Positions 32,898-46,912 of a stretch of DNA of 64,000 nt are shown here, in pieces; the stretch's first letter is position 1, and each line of letters opens with the position of its first letter. The stretch is from Malacoraja senta. Its lineage: Eukaryota. The DNA lies in the NCBI GenBank assembly GCA_038087875.1, contig JAXLNO010000202.1, positions 1 through 64,000 on the forward strand, given 5' to 3'. Below the pieces are notes generated by a model. It ran no database searches. It was not told where the DNA came from and saw only the letters and a list, made by a program, of their open reading frames with translations. A program made the position numbers and the translations under genes.

Positions 32898-34350
32898 GTA
32901 AGTTGGAAGTATTTTATTCCTGGTTTTATCTGAAGCAGAATAAACTCCCTGTCATCCACTCCTTGTTGACTGATGTTGAAATGTCAGTTTTGTACAAATC
33001 CCTCCATAGCTTCCCTTCCTCTTGTAAACACTGAGGACAGAACAGTGACACAGCCGAAGAGCTGCTCTCTGCAGCGCCAGAGACCCAGGTTCGATCCTGC
33101 CCTTTGGTGCTGTCTGTGCACCATTTGATACCAGTACCATCTTTTAGATAAGTCATGCAGTGGTACAACGGTAGAGCTGGTGTCTTCCAGTGCCAGAGAT
33201 CCAGGTTCCATGCTGTCTGTGGGTGCTGTCTGTGTGGAGTTTGCACGCTCTCGCTGTGACCGCATGGGTCTCTTCCAGGTGCTCCGGTATCTTCCCACAG
33301 AAGTGCGGGTTTGTAGGTAAATTGTCTGCTGCACATTGCCCCAGTGTGTAGGGAGTGGATGAGAAAGTGGGATAACATTGAACTAGTGTCAACAGGTGAT
33401 CACTGGTCTGTATGGACTCTGTGGGCTGAAGGGCTTATTTCCATGATGTATCTTTTAGTCAATTCAATCAATCGGGAGGCATCAGTAAAGTTGTTGCCTT
33501 GCAGTGCTTGCACCGCCGGAGACCCGGATTCTATCCCGACTACGGGTGCTGTCTGTATGGAGTTTGTACCTTCTCCCCATGACTGCATAGGTTTTCTCCG
33601 AGATCTTCGGTTTCCTCCCACACTCCAAAGACGTACAAGTATGTTGGTTAATTGGCTTTGTGTAAGTGTAAATTGTCCCTGGTGTGTAGGATAGTGTTAA
33701 TGTGCGGGAATCACTGGTTGGTGCAGACTCGGTGGGCCGAATGTCCTGTTTCCCCACTGTATCTCTAAACTAAACAAGCCACATATCTGAAGAGGACTGC
33801 AGTGCAGGAAAATGGTTATTTTTTAAATCCTCATTCAGAAAACTAATAGAATCATTGAGTCAAACCGCACTGAATGATTGAATTGGCACAGAAATAGATT
33901 CTTCGGCCAAACCCATACAAGACCAAGATGTCCCATCTAAGCTAGTCCTATTTACCCACATGTGGCTCGTATCCCTCTAAACCTTTCCTATCCATGTACC
34001 TGTCCATCTATCTTTTAAATGTTTTATAGTTTTTGCCTCAACTACCTCTGGCAGCTCGTTCCATACACCCACCGCCCTCTGTCACCCTACTATAGCCTGC
34101 CTTTGGTTGCAATGGAGTTCAATTTTGCTCTATAGTTACTTAGTATTATGGTCATTAATCTATTGTAATCTTGATTGTATTGCTTTAATGAGCTGATAAA
34201 GCTGCAGTCAGTAAGGATTATGTTGTTCCTTTGTCGGTACATGCGACAATCTCACACTCTTGACTCTACTTTGATCTTGTGTCAAGGCCGTTAATACAAT
34301 AACGTTTAAAATGACTGTATCGGAACTAAAGATCACTGCATTGCTTACAG

Positions 34351-34513
34351 CGTGTGGCTCCAGGATTGAACGGTTCAGCCGGATTGTCGGTGGGACAAAT
34401 GCAGCGAATGGTGAGTGGCCGTGGCAGGTCAGCCTGCAGGTCGGGAGTCATGTTTGTGGAGCTTCCATCATCTCCGACCGATGGCTCGTCTCTGCCGCTC
34501 ACTGCTTCCAGAG
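34351..34513 (+). CDS. Serine protease gene, coding exon 3 (activation site, catalytic His)
   Basis: TTACAG acceptor and GTAAGT donor. Encodes (T)[53 protein letters not shown]; His codon 34500-34502. Confidence 0.96.
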
Positions 34514-34587
34514 GTAAGTCAAACTTCATTTACGCATCATCTCTTAGTTGAGGAGAAATGTTGAGGCTCTGGTCAGGAAAAGGCAGT

Positions 34588-35435
34588 TCAGTTTAGTTTA
34601 TTGTCATGTGTACCAAGGTACAGTGAAACATTTTTTTTGCGTGCTAACCAATCAGCAGAAAGACAATACATGATTACAATCGAGACATTCACAGTGTACA
34701 GATACATGATAAGGGAATAAGGTTTAGTGCATGGTAAACTAGTAAAGTCTGATCAAGGATAGTCCGAGGGTCACCAATGAGGTAAATAGTAGTTCAGGAC
34801 TGCTCTCTGGTTGTGGTAGGATGATTCAGTTGCCTGATAACAGCTGGGAAGAAACTGTCCCTGAATCTGGTGATGTGCGTTTTCACACTTCTATACCTTT
34901 TGCCTGATGGGAGAGGGGAGAAGAGGGAGTGGCCGGGGTGCAACTGGTCCTTGATTATTCTGCTGGCCTTGCCGAGGCAGCATGAGGTGTAAATGGAGTC
35001 AATAGAAGGGGGTTGATTTGTGTGATGGTCTGGGCTGTGTCCATAATTCTTGCGTCTTGGATGGAGCTGTTCCCAAATCAAGCTGTGACACATCCCGATA
35101 AAATGCTTTCTGTGGTGCATCTGTAGAAGTTGGTGAGAGTTGTAGGGGACATGCTGAACTTCCTAAGTCTTCTGAGGAAGTAGAGGCGTTGGTGTGCGTT
35201 GATATTGATTCAGATGAATTTGAAGTTTTCAACCATCTCTACTTCAGCACCGTCAATGCAAACTGGGGAATGTGAACCACTTCACTTCCTGAAGTCCATC
35301 ACTATCTCCTGTGTCTTGTTGACATTGAGAGAAAGGTTGTTGTCTCAACACCAGACACGAGGTTCTCGATCTCCTTCCTGTACTCAATCTCAACATTATT
35401 TAATATCCGGCCCACAATGGTGGTGTTGTTGGATT
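34588..35435 (-). mobile_element. Rex1/Babar-like LINE 3' portion
   Basis: HPGHSLFSPLPSGKRYRSVKTH..RFRDSFFPAVIRQLN C-terminus. Shorter related pieces at ~29000-29175 and ~40020-40310. Confidence 0.7.
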
Positions 35436-35594
35436 TAGGTAGTTGGTATTGTGATTGCCTCTGAGTCGGGGAACTGCAGGCAGTGAGTCTGATATCAACA
35501 GTGGCAACATAGCTGATGGACAGGAGCCACCAGCATTTAGAAAGGGATGGACTGATTGGAGATAGTCGGCATTGCTTTCTATTATTATCTATAG

Positions 35595-35818
35595 CAGGGG
35601 TTCCCAACCTTTGTCGTCCCGTTTACAACTGGCAACTTTTCGATGGTAAATTTACCCCCACCCTGTTTTGTTCAGTAAATTGAGTTCATACCTCTACCAT
35701 AATGAAGCAACTGACGAAGGGGACATTTTTAAAATACTGTTTTTAACATTATTATATTAAGTTCCAAAATCAACAGATTTACCCTGGGGGTAAATTTACT
35801 GCAGGTTGGGAACCCTTG
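35595..35818. mobile_element. hAT (Charlie-like) MITE
   Basis: TIRs CAGGGGTTCCCAACCT / AGGTTGGGAACCCTTG; imperfect 8-bp TSD ATCTATAG / GTCTATAC. Confidence 0.75.
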
Positions 35819-36039
35819 GTCTATACGGACATTAACAATGCCTTGGGCAAGGCCCCACATTGGAGTCTCGCTTGGGAAAGGTTAGTTCACATGGGATCCA
35901 AGGAAAACAAGCCAATTGACTTGTCTAGGATGGAGGAGTCAAAGGGTGTATGTGGAGCGTTGGTTTTCTGATGCGAGGGAGTGCCACAGGGGTTAGTACT
36001 GGGTCAACTGAGTGTTTGGCTGTACGTTCGATTGGGGTG

Positions 36040-38475
36040 AAATTAGGAGGCAGTGACCATAATATGTTATGTTTTAATCTACAATTTGAGAGGGAGAAGA
36101 GTAGATCGGAGGTGTCAGTATTACAGTTGAACAAAGGGGACTATGGAGCCACGAGGGAGGAGCTGACCAAAGTTGACTGGAAAGATACACTAGCAGGGAT
36201 AACAGTGGAACAACAATGGCAGATATTTCTGGGAATAATACAGAAGGTGCAGGATCAGTTCATTCTAGAGAGGAAGAAAGATTCCAAGGGGAGTAAGGGG
36301 CGACCGTGGCTGCAAGGGACGTCAGGGACAGTATAAAAATAAAAGAGGTACAACATAGCAAAGATGAGCGGGAAGAAAGAGGATTGGGTAATGTTTAAAG
36401 AGCAACAGAAGATAACTAAAAAGGCATTACGGGGAGAAAAGATGAGGTACGAAGGTAAGCTAGCCAAGAATATAAAGGAGGATAGTAAAAGCTTCTTTGG
36501 GTATCTGCAGAGGAAAAAAATAGTTAAGACCAGTTGGACCCTTGAAGTCTGAAAAAGGTGAATTTATTATGGGGAACAAGGAAATGGCAGATGAGTTGAA
36601 CAGGTACTTTGGATCTGTCTTCACTAAGGAGGACATAAACAATCTTCCTGATATAGTAGTGGCCAGAGGATCTGGGGTGACCTAGGAACTGAAGGAAATC
36701 CACATTAGGCAGGAAATAGTGTTGGGTAGACTGATGAGACTGAAGGCTGATAAATCCCCAGGGCCTGATGGTCTACATCCCAGGGTACTTAAGGAAGTGG
36801 CTCTAGAAATCGTGGATGCATTTGTGATAATTTTCCAATGTTCTATAGACTCAGGATCAGTTCCTGTGGATTGGAGGGTAGCTAATGTTATCCCACTTGT
36901 TAAGAAAGGAGGGAGTGAGAAAACAGAACTATAGACCAGTTAGCCTGACATCGGTGGTGGGGAAGATGCTGGAGTCAATTATAAAAGATGAATTAGCGAC
37001 ACATTTGGATAGCAGTAACAGGATCGGTCCGAGTCAGCGTGGATTTACGAAGGGGAAATCATGCTTGACTAATCTTCTGGAATTTTTTGAGGATGTAACT
37101 TGGAAAATGGACAAGGGAGAGCCAGTGGATGTAGTGTACCTCGACTTGCAGAAACCATTTGATAAGGTCCCACAGAGGAGATTATTGGGCAAAATTAGGG
37201 CACATGGTATTGGGGTAGAGTGCTGACGTGGATAGAAAATTGGTTGGCGAACAGGAAACAGAGTAGGGATTTACGGGTCCCTTTCAGAATGGCAGGCAGT
37301 GACTAGTGGGGTACCGCAAGGCTCGGTGCTGGGACCGCAGTTATTTACAATATACATCAATGTTTTAGATGAAGGGATTCAAAGTAACGTTAGCAGATTT
37401 GCAGATGACACAAAGTTGGGTGGCAGTGTGAACTGTAAGGAGGATGCTATGAGAAGGCAGGGTGACTTGGACAGGTTGGGTGAGTGGGCAGATGCATGGC
37501 TGATGCAGTTTAATGTGGATACATGTGAGGTTATCCACTTTGATAGTTAAAACAGGAAGGCAGATTATTATCTATATGGCGTCGAGTTGGGAAAAGGGGA
37601 AGTACAACGGGATCTGGAGGTCCTTGTTCATCAGTCAATGAAGGACAAAGGACATTTCTTGTCACATACACCAATTGGTGCAGTGAAATGTGAGTTACCG
37701 TGCAGCACACGTCTAAGATAAACACAACACTATAGAATTTAGCATAAAACATAAACATCCCCCCACAGCGGATTCAATGTTTCCCACTGAGGGAAGGCAC
37801 CAAAGTTCAGTCCTCTTCCTCTTGTTCACTCGTGGTCGGGGCCTACTGAGGCCTCCGCAGTCGCCGCAACGGCGGCCCGATGTTTCACGTCCTCTCTCCA
37901 GGATGATCGGAGCTCCGGCGTCGGAACAGAAGAACACTCTGAGCGGCTTGGAGTTTCCGAATCGGCTGCTTCCTACCGGAGACCGCGGCTCCCGAAGTCC
38001 ACAGGCCGAGCTGGGCTGAGATCCATGGCGAAAGATCACGCTGGCGATCCTCGGCGAAAGATCCCAGGCCTCCGCGATGTTGAAGTCTGCGACGCCCGCA
38101 GCCTGAAGCTCCTCGGACCACAGCTCCACGGTGTTATAATCGGCAGTCCCAGCACTCCGGAGCTCCAACATCGCCCGCTCCGCGATGGAATTCAGTGCTG
38201 CGCTGCCGCTGAAACCATGGCCGGTCTCCGGCAGGAAAGGCCACGCCAATCCAGATGTTAGGAGGGGGCGAAGATGCGGCTCGGAGAAAAGACGCATTCT
38301 CGACCAGGTAGTGACTGAGTAAACAGTTTCCCCCTTCAAACGACCTCCAAAAACGAACTTTTTGACAGACTTAAAAATACCAATGAAAGTAAGCATGCAG
38401 GTACAGCAGGCAGTGAAGAAAGCGAATGGCATGTTGGCCTTCATAACAAGAGGAATCGAGTATAGGAACAAAGAA
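36040..38475 (+). mobile_element. CR1 LINE ORF2 (frameshifted)
   Basis: [49 protein letters not shown]. Confidence 0.9.
37643..38380 (-). mobile_element. CpG-rich non-coding retroposon-like insertion in CR1
   Basis: TSD CAATGAA at 37636-42 and 38381-87; the CR1 sequence rejoins precisely. Confidence 0.75.
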
Positions 38476-38529
38476 TGGCCTACTCCTGCACCTATTGTCT
38501 GTTGTCTAAAATGGCATTAAATTTGCCAG

Positions 38530-39178
38530 TAACATAGAAACATAGAAACATAGAAATTAGGTGCAGGAGTAGGCCATTCGGCCCTTCGAGCCTGCACCGC
38601 CATTCAATATGATCATGGCTGATCATCCAACTCAGTATCCCGTACCTGCCTTCTCTCCATACCCTCTGATCCCTTTAGCCACAAGGGCCACATCTAGCTC
38701 CCTCTTAAATATAGCCAATGAACTGGCCTCGACTACCCTCTGTGGCAGAGAGTTCCACAGATTCACCACTCTCTGTGTGAAAAAAGTTCTTCTCATCTCG
38801 GTTTTAAAGGATTTCCCCCTTATCCTTAAGCTGTGACCCCTTGTCCTGGACTTCCCCAACATCGGGAGCCATCTTCCTGCATCTAGCCTGTCCAACCCCT
38901 TAAGAATTTTGTAACTTTCTATAAGATCCCCTCTCAATCTCCTAAATTCTAGAGAGTATAAACCAAGTCTATCCAGTCTTTCTTCATAAGACAGTCCTGA
39001 CATCCCAGGAATCAGTCTGGTGAACCTTCTCTGCACTCCCTCTATGGCAATAATGTCCTTCCTCAGATTTGGAGACCAAAACTGTACGCAATACTCCAGG
39101 TGTGGTCTCACCAAGACCCTGTACAACTGCAGTAGAACCTCCCTGCTCCTATACTCAAATCCTTTTGCTATGAAAGTT
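38530..39178 (-). mobile_element. CR1 LINE 3' portion
   Basis: ORF 38632-39126 with intact ORF2 C-terminus; (TTTCTATG)n tail. Confidence 0.9.
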
Positions 39179-41571
39179 GATGGTATTTTATAAATTGAGG
39201 AAGGATATCTAAGTTTGCAACCGTTTCTAATCAGTTGGGAAGATGGGTCAAGGAATGATCAATGGAATTGAACTCTGAGGTGTGAATTTCCGCACTTTGG
39301 CATGTCCTAGCCTGGTGGACAGTACAAAAGTTGAAAGCATGCACCATCAAGAATAGCTTCTCCCACTTATCAGATTGCTAAACAGTCCTCCCATGACCTA
39401 TCTTGTTACAGCCGTGCACTTTTCCTTTGTAACTAACGCTATAAGAAGTTAATGCTATATTCTGCACACTGGTGTATTTCTCTTTGTGCTACCCTGGTGT
39501 TTGTGGTTTCATTACACCTGTGTATTACGGCTTGACGGGGTACCATGCAAACAAACGTTTTCACATCTGGCACATTTATCCCTCTACATATTTGTCCGTG
39601 TCTTTTAAATGCTGTTATGGTTCCTGTCTCAACTACCTCTGACTGCTTGTTCCATATACCCAGCATCATCTTTAGTTTAGTTTAGTTTAGAGATACAGTG
39701 CAGAAACAGGCCCTTCGGCCCACCGAATCGGTGCTGACCATTGATTCCCGCACACTTACACTATCTTACTACACTAGGGACAATTTACAATTATGCCAAG
39801 CCAATTGGCCTACAAACGTGTAAGTTGTTGACTGTGGGAGGAAACCGGAGCACCCAGAGAAACCCCACGTGGTCACGGGGAGAACGTACAAACTCCGTAC
39901 AGACAGCATCTGTTGTCGGGATTGAGGGTTGGTGTGGCAGGGTGGACTACAAAGTCTGTTTCTGTGCTGTGACTCTGTGCCAGGGTGACAGCCTGGGTTT
40001 GAGCAGGTGAGTCCAGCATCAAGAGTGTTTAATACCAATACCAATATCTTCCCAGCTGTCATCGGGCAACTGAACCGTCCTCTCACCGACTAGAGAGCGG
40101 TCCTAACCTCCCATCTACCTCATTGGAGACCCTCGGTCTATCTTTAATCAGACTTTACCTTGCACTAAATAATATTCCCTTCATCCTGTATCTATACACT
40201 GGATGACTTGATTGTAATCCTGTATTGTCTTTCCGCTGACTGGATAGCACACAACAAAAGCTTTTCACTGTACCTCGTTACACGTGACAATAAACTAAAT
40301 TAAACTAAACTTTAATGAACGTAATACTAGGTGACGATACCAGTGCAAAACTGGAGTCCGAATTTAAACAAAGACACAGTCCATAGTACAATATAGTTGC
40401 AGAGTTCATGAGCCTTAGTTGAGTTCAGCTTAGTTGATTGGCTGGTGTACCGAGGTACAGTGAAAAGCTTTGTTGATGGTTGCTGGGAAGAAGCTGTTCT
40501 TCAACCTGGAGGACATGGTCTGCTGGCTCCTTTACCACCTTCCCAATTGTAGCAGTGAGGTGGTGGGAAGGGTGTAGGGAAGATTTACAAGGATGTTTCC
40601 AAGACTCGAGGGACTGAGCTACAGGGAGATGTTGAGCAGGTTAAGACTTTATTCCTTCGTGCAGGAGGATGAGGGGTGATCTTAGACGTATATAAAATCA
40701 GGAGGGGAAAATATAGAGTGAACGCACAGTCTATTTTACCCAGAGTAGGGGAATCAAAACCCAGAGGACATCAGTTTAGGGTGAGAGGGGAAAGATTTAA
40801 TAGGAACACGAGGGGCATCTATTTCACTCGGAGCGTAGTGAGTGTATGGAATGAGCTGCCAGAGGAGGTAGATGAGGCAGGTTACCATAGCAACATTTAA
40901 AAGACGTTTGGACGGGTAAATGGGACGGAAAGATGTTGGTGGAATATGTAGATCAGTGCATGCTCCTTTAACATAGTGACCTCACCACTACTAACCACTC
41001 CCCATTATCTTCAGTATAATTGTAGCCTCCCCACCCCCAGCTCTCTCTCTAGCTCCAGTGACGGACCACGAACAGCTAGGGCACTGTGTGTGTGTACGAT
41101 TACAATGTCTGCAATAAACTAGTAGTGAAGACATCACGTGTTTGGCAAGTCTTTACAGAATATGGGTCAAACGTGGGCAGGTGGGGCTATTGTCAATGGG
41201 GCACCTTGGTTAGCATGGATAAGCTGGGCTGAAGGGCCTGTTTCCACGCTGCATGACTCTGAAATTAGGGGGATGTGGGTCCTCGATGCCTGTTTGAGGC
41301 AGAGCCTCTTGTAGGTCCCTCTGGTGGTGGGGAGGTCAGTAGCTGTGATGGACCGTGTAATGTCTACCACTCTGTGTTCTTTGTTCCTGGGGCTTGGGGT
41401 TTCTGAACCTTGTCAGGATGCTCTTCAATATACACTTGAAATAGAGGCATGAATGAGCTTTCTTGTTGATTGCATTAATGTGTTGGGTCCAGATTGCCCA
41501 GGAACTGGCAGCTGGGATTTGTGTAATGAATCTGTGTGTTAATGACATAGTATGTTGATGTTTGTTTAAAG

Positions 41572-41837
41572 TGCGTACGCCCACCCCTCATATTGGAAAG
41601 CTTACATGGGGTCCGTGCTGGTTGGAGAAGGAATGTCCAGAAGCATCAGAAGAATCATGACCCACCCCAACTACAGCATCCCAAGGAGCTTCAACAATGA
41701 CATTGCCGTATTGGAGCTCTCTTCCCCCCTCATCTTCAATGACTTCATCCAGCCTATCTGCCTGCCACCCAGCAGCAAGGTGTTCCCGCCTGGCGAACGA
41801 TGCACCATCACAGGCTGGGGAACACTTGCCTTCGAAG
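41572..41837 (+). CDS. Serine protease gene, coding exon 4 (catalytic Asp)
   Basis: TTTAAAG acceptor (phase 2) and GTTAGA donor (phase 1). Encodes (S)AYAHPSYWKAYMG...HPNYSIPRSFNNDIAVLELSSPLIFNDFIQPICLP...CTITGWGTLAFE; Asp codon 41699-41701. Confidence 0.93.
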
Positions 41838-42079
41838 GTTAGATGTTCCTAAATGTGAAATGTTGGCTTCATTCTGTCAATGCTATCATTCTACTGTTCT
41901 GCAATGCAATTTGAACCACTGATCTGTAAAACTGATGCGCTACAATGCTGAGAACTATATTCTGCACTCTGTATCTTCCACTCTGCTCTACCTATTGGAC
42001 TTGAGTTGGACAGTTGTATGTGTGTAGCATTATCTGATCTGATTGGGCAGAGCATACAAACCTTTTCACAGTACCTCTG

Positions 42080-43335
42080 TAGACAATAGGTGCAGGAGTA
42101 GGGTATTCGGCCCTTCGAGCCAGCACCGCCATTCAATGTGATCATGGCTGATCATCCCCAATCAGTACCCCGTTCCTGCCTTCTCCCCATATCCCCTGAC
42201 CGCTATTTTTAAGAGCCCTATCTAGCTCTCTCTTGAAAGCATCCAGAGAACCTGCCTCCACCGCCCTCTGAGGTAGAGAATTCCACAGACTCACCAATCT
42301 CCGTGAGAAAAAGTGTTTCCTCGTCTCCGTTCTAAATGGCTTACTCCTTATTCTTGAACTGTGGCCCCTGGTTCTGGACTCCTCCAACATCGGGAACATG
42401 TTTCCTGCCTCTAGCGTGTCCAAGCCCTTAACAATCTTATATGTTTCATTGAGATCCCCTCCCATCCTTCTAAACTCCAGAGTGTACAAGCCCAGCTGCT
42501 CCATTCTCTCCGTATATGACAGTCCCGCCATCCCGGGAATTAACCTTGTAAACCTACGCTGCACTCCCTCAATAGCAAGAATGTCCTTCCTCAAATTTGG
42601 GGACCAAAACTGCACACAATACTCCAGGTGTGGTCTCATTAGGGCTCTGTACAACTGCAGATATAACTCCTTTGACCTGTATAGAAAAGAACTACTGGTT
42701 TAGGATTTGAGTATAGGAGCAGGGAGGTTCTACTGCAGTTGTACAGGGTCTTGGTGAGACCACACCTGGAGTATTGCGTACAGTTTTGGTCTCCAAATCT
42801 GAGGAAACACATTCTTGCCATAGAGGGAGTACAGCGAAGGTTCACCAGACTGATTCCTGGGATGTCAGGACTTTCATATGAAGAAAGACTGGATAGACTC
42901 GGCTTGTACTCGCTAGAATTTAGAAGATTGAGGGGGGATCTTATAGAAACTTACAACATTCTTAAGGGGTTGGACAGGCTAGATGCAGGAAGATTGTTCC
43001 AGATGTTGGGGTAGTCCAGGACAAGGGGTCACAGTTTAAGGATTAAGGGGAAATCCTTTAAGACCGAGATGAGAAAAACATTTTTCACACAGAGTGGTGA
43101 ATCTCTGGAACTCTCTGCCACAGAGGGTAGTTGAGGCCAGTTCATTGGCTATATTTAAGAGGGAGTTAGATGTGGCCCTTGTGGCTAAAGGGATCAGGGG
43201 GTATGGAGAGAAGGCAGGTACGAGATACTGAGTTGGATGATCAGCCATGATCATATTGAATGGCGGTGCAGGCTCGAAGGGCCGAATGGCCTACTCCTGC
43301 ACCTATTGTCTATGTTTTCTATGTTTTCTATGTTT
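42080..43335. mobile_element. Two divergently oriented CR1 3' portions (42080-42660 minus, 42703-43335 plus)
   Basis: ORFs 42142-42654(-) and 42739-43014(+) with [13 protein letters not shown]. Confidence 0.88.
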
Positions 43336-43345
43336 ACGCCGCAGA

Positions 43346-43515
43346 TAGACACAAAATGCTGGAGTAACTCAGGGGGTCAGGCAGCATCTGTGGAGAGAAG
43401 AAGTGGGTGACGTTTTGGGTCAAATTCTGAAGAAGGGCCTTGATCCAAAACGTCACCCATTCCTTCTCTCCAAAGATGCTGCCTGACCCCCTGATTTACT
43501 CCAGCATTTTGTGTC
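43346..43515. repeat. Penelope terminal-repeat-derived inverted repeat
   Basis: AGACACAAAATGCTGGAGTAA...TTACTCCAGCATTTTGTGTCT arms; degenerate CTGAAGA..AAAACGTC core at 43427-43457. Confidence 0.7.
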
Positions 43516-44519
43516 TTCCTTCCTTTGACCTGTAAGTCCACATTGCCGCTACGTCTCAGACACTTAGGAGAAAGACACTTGGGTGAAGGAACGTACACTG
43601 GATGTTTCTTCCTTTTGCCCAGTGGGATTAACGGAAGGTTCATTGTACAAGTGCAATGCTGCAGCGATCAGCAGTTGGTTTATAGACACACAGCTGGAGT
43701 AACTCAATGAGTAGTGACTACTGAGTTACTCCAGCTTTTTGTCTCTCTTTGGTTTAAACTAGCATCTTCTATTCCTTAATACTCATAACCGGTTCATAGT
43801 TGGACTGTCATTTAAAGTATAGACGTGCTTTGAGTATTGGCGTGACCTTGTATTCTGTCAAAGAATCGGGCCCTTTGGCCCAACTTGTCCACACCGGCCA
43901 ACATGCCCCATCTACACTGGTCCCACGTGCCTGCATTAGGCCCATATCCCTCTAAACATATCTATGTCCTTGACCTGTCCAGATGTGTTTTAAACATTGT
44001 GATAATACCTGCCTCAACTACCTCTTCTGGCAGCTCATTTCATACACCCACCACCTATGGTTCTTGATTCCCCTACTCTGGGGGGGGGGGGGGGGAAGCC
44101 ATGATTCACCCTTCTGTGCCTCATGATTTTGTTCACCTCTATTGTCACCCCTCGGTCTTCTGTGCTCCAAGGAATAGAGTCCAAGGCTACTCAATAGAGT
44201 GCCACCTGCTCAACCTCTCCCTGTTGCTCGGGTCCTCCAGACTCCTGAGGAGGTCGAGGCGTTGGTGCACCGTGACTGTGGTTGGTCCATGACAGATCAT
44301 TGATATTGTTAACGCCAGGGAACTTGAAGCTCGCAACCATTCAGCACGATTGTTGGTGCTTGATGCATGCACTTCATCATGCTCCCTGCATCATGCATCA
44401 TGCCAACTCCAGGCAAGATGTCTGATACTGGCAGCAGGGCAGGAGTGATCAGTCCACATTCAGCTGCTTGCAATTAGTGACCTGTTGGCTCGTTGTGCAA
44501 CCTCTGCTCTGTTTTCCAG

Positions 44520-44656
44520 GGTCACTTGCCACGATCCTTCAGAAAGCAGTCGTGCATATCATCAGTAGCCAAAAATGCAAGCGTGTCTACAGGCACCTGG
44601 TCACTGAGAAGATGATCTGTGCAGGGATCATGGCCGGAGGAGTCGATGCCTGTCAG
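44520..44656 (+). CDS. Serine protease gene, coding exon 5
   Basis: TTTTCCAG acceptor and GTAACC donor (phase 0). Encodes (G)SLATILQKAVVHIISSQKCKRVYRHLVTEKMICAGIMAGGVDACQ, with the S1 Asp189 equivalent in DACQ. Confidence 0.95.
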
Positions 44657-45284
44657 GTAACCTGTTAACTATTGATGTTACATTGTCTTTGCTCGTATTA
44701 CTAATTATAGTCTTGTAGGATCAGAGCTGAAACAGACCATTCGGCCCGTCTTGTCCATGCTGACGAAGTTGACATATAGAGCTAGTCCCATTTGCCTGTG
44801 TTGGGGCCACATCCCTCCACCTTCCTCTCCATGCATGTGTCCGAATATTGTCCAAGTCCTAATTGTCTCCACTTCTATCATTTCCTCTGGCAGCTTGTTG
44901 CAGATGTAAAACATTCGGCCTGAGGTCCCTTTGTCCTCTCACCTTCAGCCTGGCTCCTCTGGGTTTTGGACTCCTCGACCCTGGGGAGAAGATTGAGTGT
45001 TCACTTTACTAATGCCTCTCGTGATCTTGTACACCTCAGTTTGTGGAGTGCATGAGAGATTGATCTTGGAGCAAATGGGTGTTTTAATATTTGACTACGT
45101 GTCTTGAAGCATTGATGAGGTGTTGTGGTCGATAGATAGCAGGAAATAGTCCAGTCGCAGCTTGAAGGTGAACAAGACAGGACCATAAGAGGAAATGTAA
45201 TGGGATCAAGGTGAAGTAGTCTGAGCCAGACGGAACATAAGCTGAGAGATGTGTTAGCAGGTGAACTGTGGAGATTTTCATTAC

Positions 45285-46800
45285 ATACATAGATACATAG
45301 AAAATAGGTGCAGGAGTAGGCCATTCGGCCCTTTGAGCCTGCACCGCCATTCAATATGATCATGGCTGATCATCCAACTCAGTATCCCGTACCTGCCTTC
45401 TCTCCGTACCCCCTGATCCCTTTAGCCACAAGGGCCACATCTAACTCCCTCTTAAATATAGCCAATGAACTGGCCTCAACTACCCTCTGTGGCAAAGAGT
45501 TCCAGAGATTCACCACTCTCTGTGTGAAAAAGTTTTTTCTCATCTCGGTCTTAAAGGATTTCCCCCTTATCCTTAAGCTGTGACCCCTTGTCCTGGACTT
45601 CCCCAACATCGGGAACAATCTTCCTGCATCTAGCCTGTCCAACCCCATAAGAATTTTGTACGTTTCTATAAGATCCCCTCTCAATCTCCTAAATTCTAGC
45701 GAGTATAAGCCAAGTCTATCCAGTCTTTCTTCATATGAAAGTCCTGACATCCCAGGAATCAGTCTGGTGAACCTTCTCTGCACTCCCTCTATGGCTATAA
45801 TGTCCTTCCTCAGATTTGGAGACCAAAACTGTACGCAATACTCCAGGTGTGGCCTCACCAAGACCCTGTACAACTGCAGTAGAACCTCCCTGCTCCTATA
45901 CTCAAATCCTTTTGCTATGAAAGCTAACATACCATTCGCTTTCTTCACTGCCTGCTGCACCTGCATGCCTACTTTCAATGACTGGTGTACCATGACACCC
46001 AGATCTCGCTGCATCTCCCCATTTCCTAATCGGCCACCATTTAGATAATAGTCTGCTTTCCTGGTTTCGCCACCAAAGTGGATAACCTCACATTTATCCA
46101 CATAATACTGCATCTGCCAAACATTTGCCCACTCACCCAGCCTATCCAAGTCACCTTGCAGTCTCCTAGCATCCTCCTCACAGCTAACACTGCCCCCCAG
46201 CTTAGTGTCAACCGCAAACTTGGAGATGTTGCCTTCAATTCCCTCATCCAGTTCATTAATATAAATTGTAAATAGCTGGGGTCCCAGCACTGAGCCTTGC
46301 GGTACCCCACTAGTCACTACCTGCCATTGTGAAAAGGACCCGTTTACTCCTACTCTTTGCTTCCTGTTTGCCAGCCAGTTCTCTATCCACATCAATACTG
46401 AACCCCCAATACCGTGTGCTTTAAGTTTGTATACTAATCTCTTATGTGGGACCTTGTCGAAAGCCTTCTGAAAGTCCAGATACAACACATCCACTGGTTC
46501 TCCCTTATGCACTCTACTAGTTACATCCTCGAAAAATTCTATAAGATTCGTCAGACATGATTTACCTTTCGTAAATCCATGCTGACTTTGTCCAATGATT
46601 TCACCACTTTCCAAATGTGCTGCTATCCCATCTTTAATAACTGACTCTAGCAGTTTCCCCACTACCGATGTTAGACTAACTGGTCTGTAATTCCCCATTT
46701 TCTCTCTCCCTCCCTTCTTAAAAAGTGGGTTGACGTTTGCTACCCTCCAATCCCCAGGTACTACTCCAGAATCTAAAGAGTTTTGAAAAATTATCACTAA
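45285..46800 (-). mobile_element. Young CR1 LINE, RT domain to 3' tail uninterrupted
   Basis: Open frame from LVIIFQNS to GEKAGTGY*; catalytic motif mutated (FAVDTKL instead of FADDTKL). Confidence 0.93.
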
Positions 46801-46869
46801 TAACCATATAACCATATAACCATTACAGCACGGAAACAGGCCATCTGGGCCCTTCAAGTCCGTGCCGAA

Positions 46870-46912
<43 letters not shown>

